NCBI GenBank assembly: GCA_902511005.1
Contig: CABXDN010000006.1
Coordinates: 7,846 to 71,845 of the forward strand
Reading direction: 5' to 3'
Origin: an uncultured Candidatus Poseidoniales archaeon
Lineage (GTDB): Archaea > Thermoplasmatota > Poseidoniia > Poseidoniales > Thalassarchaeaceae
DNA: 64,000 bases
A model generated the notes under the pieces. It saw nothing but the letters and a program-made list of their open reading frames with translations. It made no database searches and was not told the DNA's origin. Position 1 is the first letter of the stretch. Each line of letters opens with the position of its first letter. Both the position numbers and the translations under genes were made by a program. Positions 8,706 to 16,951 of the stretch are shown here, one piece after another.

Positions 8706-10355
8706 ATGAAAAATAATAAAATAATTGCTATAATGATGACATTAAGTATGTTAGCCGCAGCTTTTGCTGGCTGTTTATCAGACGATACTGATAATAACTT
8801 TGACGAAGTAGATGGCGGATATGAATATGCTTCAAATGTTGATAATCACAGAATGCTAGTTGAAGATGTTTGTGATATCAAAGATCTAGCGGAAGCGCAT
8901 GACTGGGATGGAGTAAAAGACATCTACATGAATGGTAAGCACGCAGAAAAGAATGACGGTTCATACAGAACATTACAAGGATTTGCAGATGCTACAGGTA
9001 AGCAACATGGATTAGATACCTTTTACGGCACCGATTCGCCTTTAGATGACTATTTGATGTCAGCACTAGATGGAACCGGTATGTTTGCAGGTGCATCAGA
9101 TAGTGTTCGAGAGCAAGCTGTTGAGAAAGGGGTTCAAAATCAGATTATGGTTGCATATGCAATACATGAATTAAATGCGGCTATTAACAAAGCAGCAGCG
9201 GGGAACTTCGGTACCGATGATGCACAACACGCATGGGACGAAGGTTGGGCATTTTATCATGGTCTAGATGAGTATGCTTCATGCTCTCCATATGCTACTG
9301 GAGACAAGAGAGCAGGTAACTATGCAACTGCAAATGCAGATGGTACTGCTGTAGCAAATGCAGCAATTCTTCAAGCAATGAATGATGGTCTTACAGCTCT
9401 AAAAGCTGAAGATCTTGAAGGAGCAACTGCTGCAAGAGACGATATTGTTAAGAATTTAGTAATAATTTACTCTCAAGCAACAATTCGTTATGCTCACAAG
9501 ATGAACACTGATGATACTATCGAAAAAGCTCAAACACACCAAGCAGAGGGATATTCTTTCTGGAGAGTAATTGAAAAATACATTGCTGAAGCGAATCCAT
9601 CACCAGGTGACGATTGCTACAACGGCGTTACAATGACTGTTAGTGCAGCAGCAGCAGATGAATGTGCGGGATACATGTACATGACTGATTACGATATGGG
9701 TGACGGTTCAGATATCTGTTACAATATGAATACTCACACTGTCTCAGCAGATACTGACGAGAATTCTTGTCTTGGATACATGTTTTTAGAGAATTATGGT
9801 GAACAAACTTACACAGGTTGTTACAACAGTGCATCTCATGATATGAACAGTTCTTGGAATCAATCAATTTGCGAGTCATGGGATTACTATGATAATGCTT
9901 CATGGGGTTCCACTACTTTCACTGGATGCTACAACATGGTGTCTCATGAAACATCAAGCGATGATAATGCTACATGTATATCATACATGTGGGTTGAAGA
10001 TTATGTAACAGTTGCTGGACAAGACGGTTGCTACAACAGTGTGTCTCACTCATGGGATACAGCAGTAGATCAGACTACATGTGAATCTTATGGTTGGTAT
10101 GTAAATTATGGTGCTACTATATTTACTGGATGTTACAACATGGTATCTCATACAACTGATACAGATATGACTGAAGCAGAGTGTAGTGCTTTTACGCACT
10201 TCGATGTTTTCGGAACAACTGGAATTAATGGAATCTACGATTTCAATAATGTTCCAGTAGCAGGTACTGATTATCAGGCTGCTGTCCGTGCACATCTCCA
10301 ACCTGCTTGGGATATGCTCGGAATTACAGCTGAAGATATTGGAACACTCCAATAA
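8706..10355 (+). CDS. lipoprotein: helical N-terminal domain (QHAWDEGWAFYHG motif) plus six C-terminal Cys/His repeats (CYN-x2-[ST]H-x8-9-C-x-[SG]Y)
   Basis: Lipobox-like FAGC followed by an acidic linker. Six roughly 33-36-aa repeats start at Cys304 (nt 9615). Family unverified; an FEA1/ISIP2a-like or DUF4856-like iron-associated domain is only a guess. Confidence 0.6.
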   Translation: MKNNKIIAIMMTLSMLAAAFAGCLSDDTDNNFDEVDGGYEYASNVDNHRMLVEDVCDIKDLAEAHDWDGVKDIYMNGKHAEKNDGSYRTLQGFADATGKQHGLDTFYGTDSPLDDYLMSALDGTGMFAGASDSVREQAVEKGVQNQIMVAYAIHELNAAINKAAAGNFGTDDAQHAWDEGWAFYHGLDEYASCSPYATGDKRAGNYATANADGTAVANAAILQAMNDGLTALKAEDLEGATAARDDIVKNLVIIYSQATIRYAHKMNTDDTIEKAQTHQAEGYSFWRVIEKYIAEANPSPGDDCYNGVTMTVSAAAADECAGYMYMTDYDMGDGSDICYNMNTHTVSADTDENSCLGYMFLENYGEQTYTGCYNSASHDMNSSWNQSICESWDYYDNASWGSTTFTGCYNMVSHETSSDDNATCISYMWVEDYVTVAGQDGCYNSVSHSWDTAVDQTTCESYGWYVNYGATIFTGCYNMVSHTTDTDMTEAECSAFTHFDVFGTTGINGIYDFNNVPVAGTDYQAAVRAHLQPAWDMLGITAEDIGTLQ

Positions 10356-10367
10356 ATAAATTAACGA

Positions 10368-10396
10368 TTCGATGTGGGTTTTTTACTCACATCGAA
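10368..10396 (+). terminator. stem-loop after the lipoprotein gene (12-bp stem, T5 loop)
   Basis: TTCGATGTGGGT-TTTTT-ACTCACATCGAA has 11 Watson-Crick pairs plus one G-U. It lies 13 nt after the stop codon. Confidence 0.4.
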
Positions 10397-10412
10397 GGAC
10401 ATACTTAAACGG

Positions 10413-10509
10413 TAACGGGAGGCGCTGATTTATCTGGCTCACAGCAGGTAATCATTAGCTTCATCATAGTTAAAATGGGACTCACATTCAATTTTAGCGT
10501 CTCCCGTTA
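10413..10509 (+). promoter_or_regulatory. long-range inverted repeat enclosing 69 nt (possible structured leader/ncRNA upstream of the bilobal gene)
   Basis: TAACGGGAGGCGCT (10413..10426) pairs with AGCGTCTCCCGTTA (10496..10509), with 13 of 14 complementary and the mismatch G-U compatible on the + strand RNA. Confidence 0.3.
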
Positions 10510-10587
10510 ACCCAATGCTTAGTTTCCTGAAAACTCACATTAAATTACTAGTATCTATTCGAATGCACATGGGAATAGGGTATTAGT

Positions 10588-12687
10588 ATGGCTAATAGTA
10601 AGATAATCACTATTCTAATCACTTCAATCTTGATAATGACTTATGTTTCAGGGTGTATCAGTAATGATAGTGATGAAGGTAGTCTAGGTACTCTAGTAAT
10701 TGCATATGAGATCAAAGATAATCTAGATGACATTGATTCAAACCCTCAGGTTTTCGCAGAATATCTTTCTGAGAAATTAAATTATGATATTTCTCTGTTC
10801 AGTGTTGACTCAGAGGGTGCCATGGTTGAAGCTTTGAGATTTGGTAATGCCGATATTGCATTGATGGATGCAGGAGCCGCATGGGTCGGTTGGCAACAGT
10901 ATGGCTTAGAAGTTTTAGCTGCAGATCTTAATGTAGATGGAAGGACATATTACAATGCTAATGCATGGGTGAAATCAGATAGTAACGTTGCTAGTGCTCA
11001 CCTAGATGATAACTCCCTCACAGATCCTTTTGCACTTTTATCTGGTAAAACATCTTGCCATACAGGATGGCTAAAATCAGTAGGTATGCTTCTCCCAATG
11101 GGTTACCTAATTGGCCTAGGTTATGCAAATATTATCGGAGACCCGAATGATGTAGAGACCATAAGAAATACTATACATGGATTTTTTGACTCTAACTCTT
11201 CAATTCCAGATACTGGAACTCCATATTACGGTTATTCGGGTGCTTTGAAATGTTTATCGGAAGGGAAGGGAGATGTTGCCTTTTTAGAAGAAAATAGTGT
11301 AGATATTCTTTGTAATAATGAGGTTTCTTCTCTCAATCAAGAGTGGTGCCTTGATATTGAGGAGTATACCGCATTACCTGCTTTTGGAAAATCCCCTAGC
11401 CATCCAGTGATGTATAATCCTAATTTTTTAGATTCAGAAATTACAAGTAAAATCACAAATGTGTTAGTTGAAATGAGTAGTGACCCCGAAGCGACTAATA
11501 TTCTCGAGAATATCCTAAATACCCCTGGTTTCATTGCAACAAATACTTCAGTACACCTGGGTAGTTATTCATCACTAATTTCTAATATACCGGGTATTTC
11601 CGCTTACTATGAAGATAAATTTTCTTTGAATACTTCAGTTTCTCCAGATATTGATAAAATTAAGATTGCTTTTGATTCAGATAAATTGTCTGATGATGTA
11701 GATAAAAATCCAGAACTCTTAGCTGATTTTCTCTCTCAGAAATTAAACATTGATGTTGAACTATTTATTGTTAATTCTCAAAACGAATTAATCAATAGTT
11801 TAGTAGACGGCCATGCCGATATTGCAATTGTTAACTCAGAATTAGCATGGGTTGGATGGAAACAATATGACTTGGCTGTAATGGCAGCAGTAGAAATGGA
11901 AGATAGTAGGACATATTCAGATATTTTAGCTTGGGTTAATTCGAACAGTTCAATCGCAGCGAGTCATTTAGACAATGATCCTTCGACTAATCCTTTTGAT
12001 TTGTTGGAAGGAAAAACATCCTGTCATTCTGATCCTTCAGATGTGGGAAGTATGATGCTTCCAATCGGTTACTTAGCCAAAAATAATTATCTTGAATTAG
12101 ATCAAAGTAATGATATAGATTATTTGTCAGAAATAGTTTATTCTTTTTTCAATTTTAATTCATCAATACCTAACCAAAATGATACATATTTTAGTGATTT
12201 AGGTGCCCTAAGATGTCTTTCTGAGGGCGAAGGAGATGTTGTATTTTTAGAAGAAAACACTGTTAATATGTATTGCGATAATACCGTTATTTCAGAAAAT
12301 ATGGATTGGTGTCTAGATATTGAAGAATATACTTCTCTCCCTGCTATTGCTCCTATTCCAAGCGATTCTGTAATCTATAATCCTGATTTGCTGGATATAC
12401 AGACAAGAACAGCCGTCTTGAATGCTTTAATTTCACTTAACTATGAGATGTATCTGGAAAATTTCAGTACACGAGGATCGGTCTATACGGGTTGTTATGA
12501 TATCTCAGTACACGTAATTGATGAAGAATCTCAGAAAAATACTTGTGGTTCTGAGATAATGGATAACATATTAGGTACGTCCGGATTAACCAGAGCAACA
12601 TCTCAAGAACATCTAGGGCAATATTCATCATTCGTAGCAATTATTCCTGGCATTTCTTCTTATTATTATGGTATCTTTGCAAACTAA
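10588..12687 (+). CDS. bilobal transferrin-like lipoprotein (two tandem transferrin/PhnD-fold lobes), putative Fe(III)-binding protein
   Basis: Lipobox VSGC. Lobe 1 motifs [73 protein letters not shown] and SPSHPVMYN parallel the human serotransferrin N-lobe ([73 protein letters not shown]). Lobe 2 repeats the architecture with substituted ligand positions. Confidence 0.8.
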   Translation: [699 protein letters not shown]

Positions 12688-12744
12688 TTATTTATTGAAA
12701 TTAATTTTTGAGTTTTTACTTCAATCCGTCAATACCAAATAGGG

Positions 12745-12760
12745 ATTAGGGTCGCCTAAA
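12745..12760. promoter_or_regulatory. palindromic operator candidate ATTAGG-GTCG-CCTAAA (site 3)
   Basis: Ends 29 nt upstream of the ATG at 12790 (8 nt upstream of the TTG at 12769). Same core as the other sites, with one mismatch in the left arm. Confidence 0.5.
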
Positions 12761-12789
12761 CTTAGTGATTGAGTGTGGGAGGCGAGTCT

Positions 12790-13740
12790 ATGGAAGAAAT
12801 TCCTTGTAAGATAGAACCAATTATACGCTTAAATGACGTTTCGATAGGATACAAGGAAGATCAGCCTTTAGTTCAGATACCAAATCTTGAAATATTCCCT
12901 GGAGAAATTGTTGCAATTGCTGGTCCTTCAGGAGTCGGCAAATCAACTTTATTGAAAACTATTGCAGGATTAATGAGGCCAATCTCAGGAAGCGTTGAGG
13001 TATGTGGCAAGATTAGCCCGAAGCGTGTCAATCGAGGAGAACTAGGATACGTCCCTCAGAGTCTTGGTTTAGTAAGACACGCTAGTGTCCAACATAACGT
13101 GATGTTAGGGGCTAATGCTGGTCATAATTATTTTTATTCATTTTTAACAGTGTTTAGGGCATATATACTCAATTCCCCGAAGGTAGAAAAAATAGTGTAT
13201 CCTGGACTCACGGTTCTCCTACTACTGAGTTTATTTGGAAATCTACTCCTTCTCACACAAGGACAATTCTTGTCAACCGGCCAATCTCTATTCGGAATCG
13301 TGTTTTTGGCTATGATTCTAACTATGGTCGAATTTGTTTTTCTCATGCTACTTGTTGTCCTTGGTATTCGTTTTCCTTCATCATTTGCCAAGAGAAAGGC
13401 ATTAGATTCCATTAAATCTATGGGCCTAGAAGAAAAAATTAGTGAACCAATTAGGAGACTCTCCGGTGGACAACAAAGAAGAGTAGCAACTGCTAGAACT
13501 CTTGCTCAATCTCCAAACTTGATACTAGCTGATGAGTTTCTAAGTGAATTAGATCAGGAAACGATAGACATGGTTCTTGGAGAGGTTACTGAATATGTCA
13601 GATCTAATAATGCCGCTCTTTTAGTGGTAGAACATGATATTTCTCGTGCAAAAATGATGGCGGATAGATTACTAGTAATCGATGACGGTCGTGTGAATCC
13701 ATTTATCACTGAACCAACTGCAATGGAGGTTAAAATATGA
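12790..13740 (+). CDS. PhnC-like ABC transporter ATPase with a roughly 85-aa hydrophobic insertion
   Basis: Walker A GPSGVGKST, Q-loop YVPQSLG, signature LSGGQQRR, Walker B LILADEF, H-loop VVEHD. Two or three predicted TM helices (about nt 13120..13385) are inserted between the Q-loop and the signature. The ORF track starts at TTG 12769, but the in-frame ATG at 12790 is preferred. Confidence 0.8.
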   Translation: MEEIPCKIEPIIRLNDVSIGYKEDQPLVQIPNLEIFPGEIVAIAGPSGVGKSTLLKTIAGLMRPISGSVEVCGKISPKRVNRGELGYVPQSLGLVRHASVQHNVMLGANAGHNYFYSFLTVFRAYILNSPKVEKIVYPGLTVLLLLSLFGNLLLLTQGQFLSTGQSLFGIVFLAMILTMVEFVFLMLLVVLGIRFPSSFAKRKALDSIKSMGLEEKISEPIRRLSGGQQRRVATARTLAQSPNLILADEFLSELDQETIDMVLGEVTEYVRSNNAALLVVEHDISRAKMMADRLLVIDDGRVNPFITEPTAMEVKI

Positions 13741-14627
13741 AAAAACTTTTTTCGAACAGTTATTCTTTACTCCTTTTTTTCCTTTTCATCTTTTTATTTG
13801 CAGTTCTAATTTTAGATGGGATGATTAGCGATTGGGGAAGGTTATCTGGAAGTCTTGGTAATCTTACTAAATTTATTCAAGAGTCATTATGGCCACCTGA
13901 ATGGAGCGTGGTTGAACCGCAAGCATATCCTGTTTGTACTGTATATCCTAAATTTATGGATTTCACATGCTCAACTGCTTGGATAGGGTTGATAGAGACT
14001 ATAAAAATTGCATTTGTATCTACTGTATTTGGAATGATTCTATCTCTCCCTTTTTCATTGTTAGCTGCACGAAATTTGAATCCTTTATGGGTATCTTATT
14101 CCTCTAGATTTTTACTAGCAGGATTTAGAAGTTTACCAAGTCTTATCTGGGCTATATTTTTTGTTATACTGATTGGTTTTGGCCCTTTAGCCGGAGTTTT
14201 AGCCATGACTGTTTACACAGTAGGGTATCTTGGTAAACTCCAGTATGAGGCTATTGAAGGTATGGCTAAAACTCCTCTAGATGCTGCAGAGGCAATGGGC
14301 CTTTCGAAATTTGAAACTGCTTTCGAAGTAGTGATACCGGAATCAGCAAATGATCTAATTTCACAGGCGATTTTTATGTTTGAATATAATTTTCGCCATG
14401 GAACTGTAATTGGAATTGTGGGGGCAGGAGGAATAGGATATTACATTAATTTGTATCTTAAATTTTTACAATATGATAAAGTAATTGCATATCTTATTAT
14501 TATTTTCATAGTAGTTTTAATCATTGATTTCATTTCGATTAAAGCACGTTCATATTTCACAGAAGAAATAGTTCAAAAACGTTCATCTTGGAAAAGTATC
14601 TTCTTACCGTCTAGTATGGATAAATGA
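13737..14627 (+). CDS. PhnE-like ABC transporter permease
   Basis: Polytopic membrane protein with the PhnE-type C-terminal motif EAMGLSKFE...NFRHGTVIGIVGAGGIGY. A 4-nt ATGA overlap with the ATPase gene suggests translational coupling. Confidence 0.8.
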   Translation: MKKLFSNSYSLLLFFLFIFLFAVLILDGMISDWGRLSGSLGNLTKFIQESLWPPEWSVVEPQAYPVCTVYPKFMDFTCSTAWIGLIETIKIAFVSTVFGMILSLPFSLLAARNLNPLWVSYSSRFLLAGFRSLPSLIWAIFFVILIGFGPLAGVLAMTVYTVGYLGKLQYEAIEGMAKTPLDAAEAMGLSKFETAFEVVIPESANDLISQAIFMFEYNFRHGTVIGIVGAGGIGYYINLYLKFLQYDKVIAYLIIIFIVVLIIDFISIKARSYFTEEIVQKRSSWKSIFLPSSMDK

Positions 14628-14637
14628 TAGTTTTTAA

Positions 14638-15831
14638 TTACTCAATTAGTACTATATCACCAGTCCAATGAAAAATTAATACTTCATCAGCAATTCCTCT
14701 ACCAAAACCGACAATCATTCCACCACTTGAACCGACATAGTTTTCTTTCCATCTCCCGTCATCAGTTTCTTTCAATAACCAAATCTCCCCACTGCAAAAA
14801 TCTCCATATAAATATCCATTTTGTAGTGATTCCGGCCCCCAATCCATCCAAAATCCTCCTGTGATTGAACAATTCCCATTTTCATGACCATAAGCAACAA
14901 CTGGGGAAGTCAGGTCATCATCACTATGGTCATCATGGTCATCTTCTTCATAACAATCTCCATCCTTGTCAAAATATTGGAAACCTTCTTTTAATGACCA
15001 ACCAAGATTCTTTCTTTCAAACAATGGAACTAAATTTATTTCTTCCCAACAATTTTGTCCAACATCTCCAATCCAGATCATATTATCTTCGCCAAGCGAA
15101 AATCTCCATGGATTTCTCAGACCATGATGTAAGATATATGGGTCATCTTCTGAGTTGTTGAGTACGGGAGAAATTTCCCCATTTTGGTATGAAAAAAAGT
15201 TTATAGTTCCAAGTGAGTTATTCCTATTTTGGCCATTATTTTCAGGGTCATTTGCGCTACCTCCGTCACCTATGCCCCAAAGATATTGATTATCTCCAAT
15301 ACTAATCAGGTGTCCTCCATTATGATTCCTGTAAGGTTGTTCTACGGATCTTAAAGGAGAAATAGTAGAAGGATCTAGTAATCCACTTTCTCCCATTTTT
15401 ATTGATGCTAATATCAAGTCTGAATCATTAGGGCCATCACAATTTCCTTCCTCTATATATGATATCAGCACTGTTTTTGAGGCATTGAAATCTTCATCGA
15501 AGGCCATTCCTAGAAGCCCCTGTTCCATGTGGCAGCGACTTACAAATGAACTTAAGTCGGCGATTTCTTCCAGCTCCTCTCCGTCCCATGACTTAACAAA
15601 ACCGTTAAGATAAATAATCCATATTTCCTCATTTTCAGGATTGGAAATTGAGTGATGTGGGGTTTCGAATCCTTCCATATACAATTTACATTCTAGATTT
15701 AAATCTAGGGATAATTCACAATTAAATTCTGTTGGTTCTGGCCATTCAAATTCGTCCTCAGAATCTGAACTAATACACCCCGTCAATCCTGAACAAAGAA
15801 TTATTAGAACAAATATAGCAAAATACTTCAT
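14638..15831 (-). CDS. PQQ-dependent sugar (glucose/sorbosone) dehydrogenase-like beta-propeller lipoprotein
   Basis: Lipobox LTGC. Motifs HNGGHLISIGDNQYLWGIGDGG and HGLRNPWRFSL are typical of the soluble GSDH family. Confidence 0.65.
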   Translation of the reverse strand: MKYFAIFVLIILCSGLTGCISSDSEDEFEWPEPTEFNCELSLDLNLECKLYMEGFETPHHSISNPENEEIWIIYLNGFVKSWDGEELEEIADLSSFVSRCHMEQGLLGMAFDEDFNASKTVLISYIEEGNCDGPNDSDLILASIKMGESGLLDPSTISPLRSVEQPYRNHNGGHLISIGDNQYLWGIGDGGSANDPENNGQNRNNSLGTINFFSYQNGEISPVLNNSEDDPYILHHGLRNPWRFSLGEDNMIWIGDVGQNCWEEINLVPLFERKNLGWSLKEGFQYFDKDGDCYEEDDHDDHSDDDLTSPVVAYGHENGNCSITGGFWMDWGPESLQNGYLYGDFCSGEIWLLKETDDGRWKENYVGSSGGMIVGFGRGIADEVLIFHWTGDIVLIE

Positions 15832-15870
15832 ATTTCCCCTCTCATTTTAAGTAACCATGTGATTTTATGT

Positions 15871-16941
15871 TTATTCAAAATAAGCCTGAATTCCAGGTAC
15901 ATTGGATATAGCTGCTGCGTAAGTCCCCAAGTGATCTTCGGAGTTAGCAACAACCATTCCATCCGTATTCAATAAGTCATTGAGGATTTCTCTTCCTTCA
16001 TCATCATCTCCAAGTTTTGCCAATCCTTCTTGAACAATAATAACGGTTTCTTCATCCATCACTTCTGAATTATACATGGCAGGGTGGCTGGGAGCTTGCC
16101 CAAATGCAGGTAACATTACATATTCATCAATATCTAAGCACCAATCGTAGCGATCTTCTCCAGTACAGTATGAATTTACTACTGAATCTTTAGCCAGTGC
16201 CACATCTCCCGTTCCATCAGATAGGCACCTAAGTGCTCCTTTGTAGGAGGAGTAAGGCGTTCCTCCCTCAGGGATACTAGAATCATCTGAGAAGAAACCA
16301 TACACTGTATCTCTTAGAGACTCAATTTCATTTTCATCACCTACAACTTCTGCATATCCATTACCTATCAAATAGCCCATAGGGATGAGCATTCCTGCAC
16401 TTTTTAGCCATCCTGTATGACAAGATTTTTTTCCTTCCATTAGTGCAAATGGATCTGTAGTGTCATCATCATCGAGGTAAGCTTCCGCCATGTCCGAGTC
16501 TGCTTTTACCCATGCAGTTGCATTGTAGTATACTCTACCATCTGCTTTCTCTTCAGCAGCCAAGACATCTAATCCGTATACTTCCCATGCTAGCCATGCC
16601 GCTGCACCATCCATGAATGCAATATCTGCGTTACCTAGTCTGACAGCTTCAATTGCAGCTCCCGAATCAGAGACTGGAAATATCTCAACATCCATTCCTG
16701 TTATGGTACTAAGTTTATCCGCTAAATGTTGTGGATTTTTATCCCAAATTAAGTACGTATCTTGAACTTCAAAAGCAACAATAAGGCAATTATCTTGATC
16801 GTCACATTCTTCATAATTAACGTCAAAAATCATGTATATAGTCCCTGCACATAGTAGAACTCCTACCATCAATATTGCCTTATTTTTTACTGCCCAGTCT
16901 GTAACCGTAGCCGCCTTCATACCTTTACCGAGTAATAACAT
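15871..16941 (-). CDS. monolobal transferrin-like substrate-binding protein (membrane-anchored)
   Basis: [66 protein letters not shown] and APSHPAMYN are all close to lobe 1 of the 10588..12687 protein and to transferrin motifs. N-terminal TM anchor. The start may be M8 at 16920. Confidence 0.78.
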   Translation of the reverse strand: [356 protein letters not shown]

Positions 16942-16951
16942 ACAAATAATA

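Noticed and set aside
12198-12212. TTTAGG-TGC-CCTAAG, resembling the island operator palindrome
   Set aside because: It lies inside the coding sequence (codons for DLGALR of lobe 2), the spacer is one nt shorter and the right arm is imperfect. Most likely coincidental.
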